Source of the DNA: Utricularia gibba
Lineage: Eukaryota > Plantae > Magnoliophyta
Length of the DNA: 64,000 nucleotides
Assembly: GCA_002189035.1 (NCBI GenBank)
Contig: CM007989.1
Span: 7,998,001 to 8,062,000, forward strand
Reading direction: 5' to 3'
Shown here: positions 12,939-26,725 of the stretch, in pieces
Layout: each line of letters begins with the position of its first letter
Numbering within the stretch: position 1 is the stretch's first letter
Made by a program: the position numbers and the translations under genes
The notes under the pieces: generated by a model
Told to the model about the DNA's origin: nothing
What the model saw: only the letters and a program-made list of their open reading frames with translations
Database searches by the model: none

Positions 12939-13445
12939 TTCCAAATGCTTTTTCAGTTGGTTTTTCATCGTTTATGTATACTGCAGATCTTGAGGCTCTT
13001 GTACTGTACAGATTATGATTGTAAAACGAGGCTGCTCATCAACGATGATACAGCCAAATTGAGAGGCAGCAGATTGAAATTTTAGAGCTTCTCTGAAGCT
13101 AATACAGAAGAATGAAAGCAAGGCTGTCAGTTATTTATGCAGGTTGCATTTGTTTTCTTCTTTGATTCCTTGATCAGCTTTGAATGCACCTGTGTTTCCA
13201 TCTTTCGTGTCTTCCTTTCATTCCCAAAACAAAAAAGATTCATTCACAATCAGTTATAAGTTGATTTCAATGTTCAACACCATCAACGGCCAAGGATGCA
13301 AGTTTCTAACACATCTGATGACTGCAATAGGAACATTGATATCTTCAAATTCTCCTACCATGCACAAACTTCTCATAGGGGCGCAGAAAGCTAGTTAAAT
13401 CTACAAGTTGAGGTTCAAAGTCCAAACATGGCTGAAATCCTCCTC

Positions 13446-16400
13446 CTATCTGCGGCGCTGCCAAATGGAGTCTCGTGCACTGCTACTCATGGTGACGTGT
13501 TTGTCATCCAAGTCCGAACCGCTTCCTATCGATTCATCCGAACTCACCTCCGGGTTAATGTGTATTCTGCCTGCATCCCTGATGATCCAGTCTGTAAACT
13601 CAGGGACGCCACCAAACCGGAAAGTGCATCGCGGGTATATTCCTCAGTGAAATCCTTCCACTCTTCCTCAGTGAACCTTCTGTGGGGTGTCCTATGGAAA
13701 GTGGAGTAATATTCTGTGGAACTCAGTGCAGACCCACGACGACTTGGTGGAGTTACATCACCTGAACAACAAACAAAACCTACGGTAAAATATGTGGAAA
13801 ACAAAAATGTATTCCAGTTTTTTAAGTAGAATGAAGAAAAAATATATACCTCTCATGGGCGACTTTGACCACAAAGGCGAGCGCCTAGGGGATTTCCATA
13901 CATTACCTCTAGGCCTACTGAGAAATTCAGCATGCAGCTTGCTTTTATTCATTCTGGGGGTCCTTTTCCGCAGTGGACTCCAATCTGCTGAATAAACAGA
14001 CTCCCTGCATCAATGAACAGAATTCAGTGAACTTTGCATGATCTATACAGAATACAAACCCATCAGCATAAAATAAGTCAAACAAGTAAACTTAATCTCA
14101 CAAACAGCATGCCCCTCTTACAGGCTCTAAATGAGCAATGTTACTACATAAAGGGAATGTCGCAAACAGATACAAGAAACTCAAAAGCCCGTCACTTGAC
14201 ATCCCAGGACAAAAATATATATAACATCCAAAATGCCGCACCTACAGTTCACCATTATTAACAAACAAGTTATTTCAATGTGAACGGTACCACAGACATA
14301 AGGAGTTCAAAACGCAAAGCTACAGATAGAGAAAAAAGCTATCTAGTAAAGTCAAATGAATGATGTGCATCATCTTAATAATTTACAAAATCACCACCAC
14401 CATAAGGATTTTGATATGTTATAAGCTGGAAGATGACATCAGGAAGGTGCAAACGAGTGCTTACCACCAGTACCCCAGCTCCAAATGACTAAGAGTGAAC
14501 TTTGCAGCTAGAAGAGAAGCAAGCAGCAACAGCGCAAGCAGAGTGTCAAGGGTGCTCTGCAGTTAGATGAAAGATGACCTTAAATACAAAATATTTATAA
14601 ATTATTAAAAACAAAAAATTTGAGATCTCATTGTCATCGGAAGCACACTGTGTGGGTCGCAAGTCCAACATAATCAAGGAAAATGATCCGTTTCAAACTT
14701 CAGCTTTAGCTTGCTTGATAATAGAAAAAAATTACCTGAAGGATAAATGTCACAGCAGTCACCCGTAAGGCCCATTTAACAAATTGGGATACACTAGCAT
14801 CCACACTTCCATCATCAGCAACAACAAATTTACGAACAAGCCAATATCCGAAACCAGCTCCAGCAAGTGCAATCGCAACTAAAGAGAATACAAGCACCTG
14901 CATGATCAAAAAAAAAAAAGTAATCATAAAAAATAGATACATAGCAAATTTACACTTAACTCTAGCATCCAAAACTAAGTTTCAAAACTTACAGGATTAT
15001 GCATCTCTTTATTGATCCCAAGATTCACAAGCATTGAGTTGACAATCATTGACGCCCGGTTAAGTAAGAATGATCCAGCTCCAAGCTGAAGAATGAAGCA
15101 GAACATCGGGTAGAACAATAAATATCCAGAGCAGGCGGGATGAGACAGACACATGAACCAAAATATCAGAAAGATGAAAGTTGAAAATTACCGCAAAAGC
15201 AGAGAGAGTGCTATATAGAGCATTCTTTCGGGCTGTAGGCAGTAGTTTCATTCCCTGTATAAGCGGAAACACATTTACCACAAAAGTAGAGAGGAGACAA
15301 AAGGAAATGAAAGAAATTCAACTCTTCCCAACTAAGAAATGAAATCCAATTATGCATCACAAAAAACGTTTTAAGAGGGATGACACCAGATCAAACGTTG
15401 AAAGACCAATGCATATGAGAGGAAGCCTAAGCAAAATCTCTGCATTAAGATCAAACAACAAATTAAAAAAGGTACCTGGAACAGAATGACGATCACAACA
15501 AGACAAATTCCTATGACCATCGAGCTACTATAATAGAAGGGAACCCAGCTGCTTATAATTGGCGCTAGAAGCAATAGGCCAAGCCCAATGCCCAAAAATA
15601 TCAATCGCCATCTTTGAAATTCTGCCAATCAAATCAAAAAATGAGCATCAGTAAATTTGGGAACAAAACACCGTACAAAGATAAAAAAGTATTCATATAG
15701 AGATAACAAGTTTGCTGCTGTTAACAGATTCAAGAAGGAGATTCAAATTTTACCTAATGCAGTCGTCACAGTAACAAATCCAGACAAGTTGTCCACAAAC
15801 TTCACGTCAATATATTTGTCTTCATAAGGAGACACAACAGAGACCCAACTTCCACCATGGACATTTGCCCAAGTATCACTTTCGCATTGGCATAGTGCAA
15901 GCGAAGAATTGCTGCAGAAATATGTTTTAACACGTCAAAAAGCATCCACGGATCTTGAATCCTTAAAAGCACCTTCCTAAACAAAATCACAGTAGTTGGT
16001 TTAATATGTAACTGACCTGTGCAGACATATATGAATTTTTTTATAAGCTTTCTCCGGTATATCATCAGATGGAACCAAGGTAAGCCTGCGGGCACTAGAA
16101 TAACTCCAAACATTTAGTCTTGAAAGGCCAGATATGGATAAACGTGCGCACCGCACAGATTCCTTGGACAGCAAAGACTCCTCAAGCAAGATGGGTGTAA
16201 CAGTTACTAGTTGCTGTTCATTCGCATCGATGCCTGTGAATGAGAGAAAAGAACATAATGTGCCAAATGATGGTAAACCCATCCATGAGGATTACGATGC
16301 TTTATTGTTTCAATAAATTTCCATTAAACCGATTAAGGCTCAGCTAACAAGTACAAAAAAAAAATATGCCAACTACTGACTCAAATCAATAACGGAACCA

Positions 16401-16773
16401 AAAAAGAGGTCTTCTCCACCTTGTCACTACGATCAAATGCTACGACTTCCCATCAGAGTAAACAACGCCCGCAGCATATTTCCAAGAAAAAAACAAATAG
16501 CTCATAAATATACGGCCTTCCACAGTCAGGTGTACTCAGTTCTCCTCCGACGAAGAAAAATAAGATAATGAACATGCACAAGCTGGAAACATGAAACAGA
16601 ATATAAGCAAAACCCTGGGAAAATAAAACCCCAGCAAAATCTCACTCTACTCCCATAAAGATCTCTGCATTTTCGATACCTGCGAACGCCCTCGCATGAC
16701 TTGGGACTTTGATCAAAGAGGCGAGACCCAGAAAACAAACTACGGCAGCCGCCGCCGTACCGGCGGACAACAT
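13446..16773 (-). CDS. PNET2: Nuclear envelope integral membrane protein (NEMP/DUF2215, PNET2-like)
   Basis: Signal-like MLSAGTAAAAVVCFLG; GLSRL; LLLLAPIISSWVPFYYSSSM; GAGFGYWLVRKFVVADDGSVD; YYSTFHRTP..FTEEEWKDFT; SPEFTDWII (needs +1 base at G3 run 13603-13605); stop 13448-13446. Confidence 0.85.
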
Positions 16774-17718
16774 CGTTGTTCCTTGGCACCGAAGAAAAAA
16801 CCCGCGTTACCTCTCCCGGCGCCTTTGATATATTTTAATCCTTTCCGGGGCTCGAATCGAATTTCGAAGGTTTTCCTAAACAGACCAAAAGGAAATACTA
16901 GTAATGAGCTTCATGGGCTGGGCCTGAAGCCCAACCACCTCATTCTGTTTAATGTTATTTAATAAATAAAAATTCTTTGATTGTCCCACGTGGCTAGGGG
17001 CCCACTACGCACCGCCCTTTGGGCGGAAAGGCATGATACGATAGCGACGTGTCGTCATAAGACATTTTTGTAAAAGATTTTTTTTTTCACGAAATTCGTG
17101 ACAGTTTTACCGGGAAAAGAAATGGCGGTTGTTGGGCAACCGGCAGACGGAAAAGTGAATGCTGTTGTTGTCTCTGATTTTTCTCCGATTTAAGAAAGCA
17201 GGAAGATTCCCTATTAAAGAAAAACCTACATTTTGTTGTATTTGACAAAGGGAGCGCGCGCAATCATCTCCGTCTTTTGCAGTGATCTCTGGTTTGTTGA
17301 TCCAACACTGTTTTTCTTGTTTCTGTGTCGTTTTATGCTGATCAAATTGGATCGAGATACTTGGTATTGGATCTGAGTGCAAGTCATCATTTGGAAGTAT
17401 TAAGGTAACTGAATTCAACTCTGTGGCCTACTTCTAGTTTACCGCTGTTTTACAATTTTGTGGGTCTGTGGCTTTTCTGGATAAAAATTAAAAAGAACAT
17501 GTTTTGGTGACGAGGTAAGTTGGCTTCATTTTAAGCTTTAAAGATACTTCATAAGCTGCAACTTCTGAGGTTTATCCAGCCTGTGATGGGGAGCCTTGTT
17601 TTCTTCATTCTCATTATGCCGCAATTTGGGTCACATATCTCTCTTACGAATGGTTACCGGTGTTGATGTTGTAGGCCAACTTGCTATTGGACACTTTTGA
17701 AGAAGCTGTGGAATTTCC

Positions 17719-20700
17719 ATGACTGTTTCAATGAAAAATTTGGATCCAGCTTTCCAGGGGGCAGGGCAAAAGGCGTATCCTCATTTGAGTTTTTTTTCAT
17801 TATCTATACGCTGAAGTGATAGAATATTTTAGGTTTCTCATGTCTCATATCGGGAAAACTCCTCTTAGTGAGGATATGTTTTTTCCCATGTGGTACAGGA
17901 CATAATTATTATGGTGCCATGCATATTCTTTTCCTTGACTTCGTACAGGGGCATTGAGATGTGGAGAATTGAAAATTTTAGTCCAGTCCCTGTTCCAAAA
18001 TCTTCATTTGGGAAGTTTTTTTCCGGTGATTGTTATGTGATTTTAAAGGTTGCCTTTTGTGAATCCGCAAAGATTTCTACTTGTACTCACTCGTTAGTTG
18101 TGGTACCATTCATTAAGCATTGTTATGTGCGAAAAAAGGAATTGTTGGAAATTAAGATAAGGGTAACTTCTGATGGGGTTATATCCAGTACTTTGATCTT
18201 CAGCACCATCTTGTTCGATTTGTCACATTACATTGTCAACTTTCCTTTTTTTCACTGCACTTCCATTTATTTTATTTCTCAAACTATTCATGTTCATCCT
18301 CATGAGTAAGATTTTAGAGTTTTTTCAGCCTTACTGTTATTCAACTTTCTGCAGACTAGTGCCCTGAGAACTGGTGCTCTGCAGCATGATATTCATTATT
18401 GGCTAGGTAAAGATACTAGCCAGGCAAGTCTGCAACATCTCTCTTTCACCATTCCTATCACTGTATGGATTTTTCCTGGTTTTAAAGCCTTTCTTTTATA
18501 GGATGAATATGGAACCGCGGCAATCAAAGCTGTTGAGCTAGATGCTGCCCTGGGTGGACGTGCTGTTCAATACCGTGAAGTACAAGGTCATGAAACTGAA
18601 AAGTTCCTTTCTTATTTTAAGCCATGCATAATTCCACAAGAAGGAGGAATTGCCTCTGGCTTTAAGCATGTTGAGGTTGCAGAACACCAAACTCGTCTGT
18701 ATGTATGTCGAGGAAAGCATGTTGTACTTGTGAAAGAGGTGAGGTTGTTCTTGAGGCAGACAATGATGAATCTTATGTTGAAAATATGACTGTCATACCT
18801 TCCTCGTGGTGGCACAGGTTCCTTTTGTGAGGACGTCTCTTAGCCATGATGACATTTTTATTCTCGACACTCAATCTAAAATATTCCAGTTCAATGGCTC
18901 CAACTCATCTATACAAGAGAGAGCTAAAGCTCTGGAAGTTGTCCAGTATATTAAGGACACCTATCATAATGGAAAATGTGAAATTGCAACTGTTGGTAAA
19001 CATAATTCCTATTTTCACCTAGACTTTTTGCAGCGGAAATTTATAGGATCATCATGTTTGGCGTTTTCTTCAACTGCAGAAGACGGAAGATTAATGGCTG
19101 ATGCTGATACGGGAGAATTTTGGGGCTTCTTTGGCGGCTTTGCCCCGCTTCCTAGAAAAACTGCTACCAAGGAACCTGAAAGCACCAATGCTTCCTCTTA
19201 TAAGCTTTTTCGGTATTCATCATCTTTTTTTTTAAATATATGACGATGCTTCTTAGTTGGTGGATTCTCTTTGCCTTCATATTGAGCATTTTGCATTGGT
19301 TATGTTGTGAATCTGAAAGAAGTATATTTTCAGCTAGGAAGTACAGAAGTTTGTGCATACCTACTAACTTTTTTATTCCTAAAGGGCTTTTGGTCATGCA
19401 TGGGCTCTCTTTTCAGAACTGGTTAGGATAATTATACCCATTAGTGTACCATAATTTGTAATTCATATTTTGCAATTGTAATGCTGTTAGTGTTGAGAAG
19501 GGAGAGGCTATCACCGTTGATTCTGACCCTTTGACAAGGGAGCTAATAGACACATACAGATGCTATATTCTTGATTGTGGGACTGAGGTCTTTGTTTGGA
19601 TGGGGAGAAGTACTTCACTTGATCAAAGAAAAGCAGCAATCGGCGCTGCAGATGTCAGTCTTATTCTTTGTGTCAGGAACTCTTTTAATGAACTGCATAC
19701 GTTTATACTTTTGCTGAACTGTTTGCTTCAGGACTTGCTTCATAAGCTCAACAGAAAAAAGTCTCACATAACACATATTATAGAAGGGTTTGAAGCTGTG
19801 GAATTCCGCTCCAAGTTTGATAATTGGCCTCAGTCAATAACTGTGTCTCTATGTGAGGATGGTAGAGGAAAGGTCGCAGGTTAGTCACACACATGCATCC
19901 TGTAGATTTCGTACTTCATACTTCTCTTTATTTTGAACACTGAACTTGTAGTTTGATCATTTCTAAGAAAGACAACTATCTATATTACTGCCTCTAGCTC
20001 TTCTTAAGCGCCAAGGGATCAATGTCAAGGGTATCCTCAAAACAGAAACTCTGGAGGAGACTCCAGTGCATATTGACTGCACAGGAAACTTGCAGGTGAG
20101 ATACGTGCTGCTATTTCATTGTTTAATGCTCTCCTTTGTCTGGACCCTTCCTATGCTAAATATTATCAAGGTTACTGAAAAATAATGTTGCACTGCTTTT
20201 CCTGTTCCCTCGAACAAGATGAAGAGTCATCACATACTTTTTATGACAGGTATGGCAGGTAGATGGTCAAAATAAAACGCTACTTACGGGCTCCCATCAG
20301 TTCAAATTCTATACTGGAGATTCCTATATATTCCAATACTCTTATCCTGGAGAAGCAAGGGATGAAAATCTTGTAGGAACTTGGTTCGGAAAGCAAAGTA
20401 CTGAGGTCAACATTCATTTTACCTTTTCTAGTTTTTTGTAATCTTGGAAATGATAATTACATCAAACTAGGTCATGCATAGGAGCTTCATATTCACTGTA
20501 ACATGAGGAAACTTAGCCCTTTCTGCTGCAAAGATAACATATTGTGATTCCCTCATAGTTTTGCAATCGCAAGGCCGTGAATTTTCTAATATTGCTCCAT
20601 AGGAAGACAAAGCATCAGCTATTTCTCAGGCAAGCAAGATGGTGGAGTCTCTGAAATTCACTGCCACTCAGGTACTGCCTTCTTATATTCATTGTCCATG

Positions 20701-23247
20701 CTCCTTCTCGATGTTGGTGCTGATAATGAATCACTGGTTATAATCAGGTTCGTCTTTATGAGGAAAATGAGCCAATCCAGTTCTTCGCCATTTTCCAGAG
20801 TGTCATTATGCTTAAGGTCGGTGAATTGCTGATGTTGTGCACGTGTGACAATTCCATTCCATCTGTTTTAATTTCATGACCACTTAACTCCTGAGTCTCA
20901 TGCAAAGGGTGGCCTTAGCAAGAACTACAAAAACTACATAGCTCAGAAGGCACTTCCAGATGATACCTATGTGGATGATGCACTTGCATTGTTTCGAGTT
21001 CAAGGAAGTGGACCAGAGAATATGCAAGCAATTCAAGTTGAACCTGTATGCTACTGTTATATCTGTTTTGTTTTGTTTCTCCCCCCTACACCTAAAAACC
21101 TTTCGAGCTGTTGTAGTCTCTTGAACCCTTGAATTTTTTCACGAAGCTTCTGTCCACATGCTGTTTGTGCATCTTAATGATTACTTTTTCTCTCATTTCA
21201 GGTGGCTTCATCCTTGAATTCCTCATACGTATACATACTACAACATGCACAATCTGTCTTCATCTGGTCAGGAAGCCTCACTACCAGTGAATCCCAAGAA
21301 CTTGCTGAAAGGCTACTGGATCATATAAAGGTCTTATGGTCCTTCTTACTGTTAGACAAGCACCCCCTTTTTCTCGAATTTCATATGTTGCAAGATGTTT
21401 TCATAAGCTTCATTGCTGCTTCCATTGTAGATACTGTTTTAACTAAATGCCTACTTAGCCTGCATGGAGATTCATTCGCTTGTCACTTGCTTTATGTTGC
21501 AGCCAAATGTGCAGCCAAAACTGCAGAAAGAAGGTGCTGAATCTGAACAGTTTTGGGAACTGCTAGGCGGAAAATCTGAGTACCCAACCCGAAAAATTGC
21601 AAGAGTGGCTGAAAATGATCCTCGTCTTTTTTCCTGCTCTGTGGTTAAGGGTATTAAGTTTCCTATAGCTCTGTGGTTCTGTCGCTATGGTTTTGTTTAA
21701 CTGTTTTCTTTTTTTGTTCCATCCATGTGCTGCAATACTTGCTGCTGAACTTCAGGAGATCTGAAGGTGAGAACCTCGATAAAACTCTTTTTTAGCATTT
21801 GCCATGTATTCTCATTGCTGATCAATGCCTCAGGTGACTGAAGTACACAACTTTACCCAGGATGATCTGATGACAGAAGATATATGCATTGTTAACTGCC
21901 ACTCAGACGTTTATTTATGGGTTGGGAAACAGGTTGAAATGAAGAGTAAGATAAATGCTCTGAGTATTGGAGAGGTGAGCGTTTAGTTGATTCACATTGA
22001 TTTCTGTTCCCAAGAACTAGTCTCTGTAAAGAAGGTATTTGCTGCCACTTGCTTTTCGCTGAAGCTCTGAAAATTTTATTTCCTTCAAAGAAATTCCTGG
22101 AGCGTGATTTTCTTCATGAGAAACTGTCACTCCAAACTCCAGTATATGTGGTTACGGAAGGAAGTGAACCTTCATTCTTTACCCGTTTCTTCTTCTCCTG
22201 GGACAGCACAAAAGCTGCTGTAAGTGCTGCTATGATGTGTCCTAGAATGTCCTTGAAGTTAAAAATGTGATCATACTCACAGTCTTCATTGCCTTTCAGA
22301 TGCATGGAAACTCCTTTCAGAGAAAGTTAACTATTGTAAAGAACGGGGTGACTCCGGTGTTGGAGGTGAGTTTTCTTTGCTTCCAGCACCCTCTTTGGTG
22401 TCCTTTCTTTTAAGGTTCACAATTCTGTTGCAGACCCCTAAAAGAAGATCACCTGCATCATATAGTGGAAGAGCTGCCTCTGCAGTAGACAAATCCCAGC
22501 GTTCACGGAGCATGTCTTTTAGCCCAGACAGAGTCCGTGTAAGAGGCAGATCTCCTGCATTCAATGCGCTGGCAGCCAACTTTGAGAATATGAATTCAAG
22601 GAATTCGTCTACTCCTCCTGTGGCTAGAAAGGTTTACCCCAAGTCCGTGACACCAGACTCCGGAAGTCTAGCACAAAAATCGGCATCTATCGCTGCCATC
22701 AGTTCGGCATTCGAACGGCCAGCACCTGCACGAACTTTCCTTATTCCACGCTCTCTCAAGGGTATGCTTCCATGCATTTTCCATTGTGCTGTCTGTGGAA
22801 GTTTTTGTAGCATAAATGAAGATACGCAGCTGCCGAGTTCTTTCTGTTTCGACAGTTAGCAGCCCGGAGATCAACACGCCAAAGCCTGGAGTAATATCAA
22901 GTCCAGGCTCGGGTGAAGAACTAAAGCCCACTACAGCGATAGTTGGAGAAGATCTGAAGGAGAATGATGTCGAGGATGATGCAGGACTTACTTTATACCC
23001 ATATGACCGTCTCAGGATAACATCACCCAACCCTGCCCCGGATATCGATTTCACAAAGCGAGAGGTTGGTATTGAGTAACACTAGTGCTCTCAGGGACTG
23101 CATTCTCTAACTCTGAGCCATGTTCTTCTGCAGACATACCTCTCCTCAGAGGAATTCAAGCAGAAGTTCGGGATGTCAAAGGCTGTTTTCTCCAAGTTTC
23201 CCAAATGGAGACAGAACAAGCTAAAAATGTCTCTGCAGTTGTTCTGA
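17719..23247 (+). CDS. VLN: Villin (VLN4/5 type: six gelsolin repeats plus headpiece), about 20 exons
   Basis: [71 protein letters not shown], headpiece YPYDRL...[14 protein letters not shown]. Confidence 0.95.
17775..17948 (+). other. U12-type (minor spliceosome) GT-AG intron, villin intron 1
   Basis: 5' site GTATCCTC; branch site TTCCTTGAC at 17931-17939, 9 nt before the end of the intron; splicing gives the in-frame K-A-G-I-E. Confidence 0.8.
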
Positions 23248-25986
23248 TTCAAGCAAGGGTCCAAATCTGTTCCCTTGTCCTATAAAGGTCCGCAATGCAG
23301 AAGTTGGTATCCCATCCTTGTTCATATCCACCCAATGCAATCTTCAGTATACGGCCTGAAAAAAAAAACAACAGAAGAGATTTCTCAAGGTTGTGGGATA
23401 AGAGCATGAGATGCTCTCATTATGGTGACAATCAGCAGAAGTAAAAAAAGAAACACTTCACCTACATATAGAGATGCTGATGCAATTTCTTGTTGGGTTG
23501 CCATTTTTGCAGAAACATGCAAATGCAGGTATGATGCAGAGTGCTTTCTGTTCATCTCTTGTATTATCTTTGGAGTTGCATACTGTACAGAGCTGTACCA
23601 GGTTCATCATTTTATCAATTTTTTGTGGCATTGAATACAGATCATATCTATATTTGAGAACATAATCAATATCTAATTTTCCAAGCAAGTTTTTTTTGCA
23701 TAATATCAGACAGTATTCAATATCCAATCCTTAAAACATTTCCGAATTGGGTTTTCAGACACAAAATCTATCTAAAACAAAAGATTCAAACTTATTTTGT
23801 ATTTCGCAGACAAAAAATTAATATCGAAGATAATCAGTTTTTTTCATACATATATAACGTACCATGTGGAGATTTGTAAATCAACGAGTTGCGAAATCCG
23901 ATAGAGAATCATATCCATCTTGATCAGTTGCTAATAGAATAATCAGCGGACGTACGGAAACACGGAAGCGGGAGATCTGGAAGCCAGTAGGCACCACCGC
24001 GTTTGAATCTGGAGCGCGGCGGCGTTGATTTTGAAATTCCCGTCCCCATCATGACATCAATGTAAATCATCTCCGGGCAATCAATGCTACTCAGCAACTG
24101 CCACATTAACAAAGAATCGCAAGTCAAAATACGCAGGCTACCCTCCGCCAAACCTAACCTCCCACTCCCAAATTCCCCCCTTTTTTTATGGCCAAAGTCG
24201 TCAGTCACTCGGCAGCAGCCCCCGTTTTGGATTCCCTCCTCCACAAGCCACCGGATATACTAATAATTGACTACACCCCAATTGCAAATTATTAAATTGG
24301 GGTTTCAACAACCCCATGGCTCCAAAACTCGTATCCTAATGACGGGGGTAGATCCCCCAAGTAGGCTTGTTAAAAAGAATGAACAAATCGCGTTTGAGTT
24401 GTGTTTCCATTTAATTAATATTGTTTATTTTTATTTGAATAATATAAACGAATGAAATTCATGATTGTTTAGAATTATAATATTAGAGATTTTAACGTCG
24501 CAATATTTTGAGTTGATTGAAAATAAGTGTTATGAAATATATAATATTTTAATATATATTTCAATTATTTCTATAATATTAGTAGTTTCAAAACTACTTT
24601 TAATATTAGTAATCGAGTTATAAATAATTTTTTATCGTATTTATTGAATAATAAATTCATACATCCATCTATAGTATATGTAGCTGTCTAGTTTAAAAAT
24701 AATTCTATTTTTAGTGAATCAAGTATTACTTCAACAAGAATATAAAAGTTGTAATAATATTACAACAAATGTTGGATAAGCTAAGTATCACATGTATATA
24801 TATTATATAAGTTTGTTTTTGTTGTATTAATAAATAGACACTTAAAAAATATTTATTTGATTAACATAGACAAACAAATATAAATAAATTTCTCATTCAA
24901 TAAAATTAAATTAAATATTTATCCATTCAATAATTTAAACAATCATATAAGATAGTTATTATTTAAATTTTATAATTAGACTTAGATTTTTTTAATTTTT
25001 TATTGTACAAAAATAGAAAACTATTTATTGATAAAAAAAAATTAATGAATATAAAAAAAGAAAATTAATTCTAATAATTTGTATTAAAGAGAACTACAAG
25101 AAAATCAATATCAACTCACTTAAATTTATAGCTTACTTTATATTGATTTATCTCATATGAGAATATTCTCGGTTTTTATTTTTTTTCAAGTTATCATATC
25201 TCGTCTTTTCTTTTATTTTATTGTTTTCATTATTTGATATTCTTTAAAATTCAGAAGAAAAATCACCCACATGCATCATGAAATGGAGCACAACCAAACA
25301 ATAATATCTATCTTACCAAAGTGAGGGAAGGATACATGCAGCTGCACATCATGCAGATGCAGGACGCAGAACTATCGCATTCCGATTTTCAGACTGGTTC
25401 CCATTGGAACTCGACCGTAAATTCGAACAAGTTGAATCCCGAGATGTCGAATTTCTAGACACATTTGTCTGAAAACATCTGAAAGATCCATCTCAGACAT
25501 GGAAGTTCCATGAGTGAAACTGCGTTGGAGAAGAAGCATCTGTCTGCAAGCAGCACATGGGCAAAAAAAGCAGCATTTAATCGGCATTTGACTGGAGAAT
25601 TGATGCCATGGGAGAAGCAAATAATCTTCCATCTACCGGCATTTAAGGCGTAGTATAACAGTAATTAATCCTCCCTTGAAACCAGACAGTTATCTGATAA
25701 TGAAAAGAGAGAAAAATAAGGTGTTACTACCAAAAAAACTGTCCTCCCTCGTGGCTGCACAGAGTCAATGGGGAGCTTGGCTTTCATCTCTGATACGGCA
25801 GTTTCACCTCCTGTTTCCTTCGAGGAGTCATAACCCTAACGCCTGTAGTAATTATTGTACTCTAATCTTACTTTAATCATCTCATTAATACACTGCTTAT
25901 AATACTCTTACTAATACAATAATCAAACCCCCATTTCCCTCTGAGCCAGTCTGCTGCTCTTTGTTTCTCCTCCTTTGTTCTTAGCC

Positions 25987-26725
25987 ATGCCTTGCTCTGA
26001 CTCTGATGATGATCTGGTCTGCGACACCGACCTCCGGCTCCGGCCGTACACCACCACGGATTCCCTCGATCGCTCCGAGTTGAAAAACGGGCGCAAGCAA
26101 GACAGGTGTGAGGAGGATGAGAATCTGTCGGGAGGAAGAAGCTGAAGCTTAGCAGCGAGCAAACCATGCTGCTGGAAGAAAGCTTCAAACAGCATTCTAC
26201 TCTAACCATGGTGGCTCTCCTGCATTCCCGTCTTCCCTTCTTGTTGGTTAACTAACCATTTCCCCGCCTGCAGGTTCAGAAGAAGGCGTTAGCTGAGAAA
26301 CTGAATCTGAAGCAGAGGCAGGTGGAAGTGTGGTTTCAGAACAGGAGAGCCAGGTTCGTTCCGGGAATATGCATAAAGATGAAAGTATAGTGTACGTATT
26401 GACGTGTGAAATGGGGCTTCATGATCTGAATAGGACGAAGCTCAAGCAGACGGAGATGGAGTGCAAGGCACTGAGGAAGAGCTGCGAGAGGCTCATGGAG
26501 GAGAATCGGCGGCTGAGCAGAGAATTACTGGAGCTGAGATCGGGGCTCAGGCCGGAGGCCCCGCCGTATGTGTATCATTTTCACAAGGTGGCCGGAAAGC
26601 TCACCCCGCCCCCTTCTCGCGACAACATCAGCATCAGCTTCGACCAGGGCGGAGTCAGCGGATCCATGGAGGCGCTCCATACCTCACAGCTGATAACCCA
26701 TCGCCGCCGAATGGCCGGCGAATAG
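25987..26725 (+). CDS. HD-Zip class II homeobox-leucine zipper transcription factor
   Basis: Exons 25987-26210, 26274-26353, 26434-26725. RKKLKLSSEQTMLLEESF, LKQRQVEVWFQNRRAR|TKLKQTEMEC. Needs +1 base at G3 run 26130-26132 to link the ATG to the homeodomain. Confidence 0.88.

Noticed and set aside
24440-25260. Extremely AT-rich tracts (also 34560-35350, 40600-41060, 54430-54720, 55200-56280) as Helitron or MITE bodies
   Set aside because: No convincing termini, hairpin-plus-CTAG end, TIR or TSD could be read; treated as spacers.
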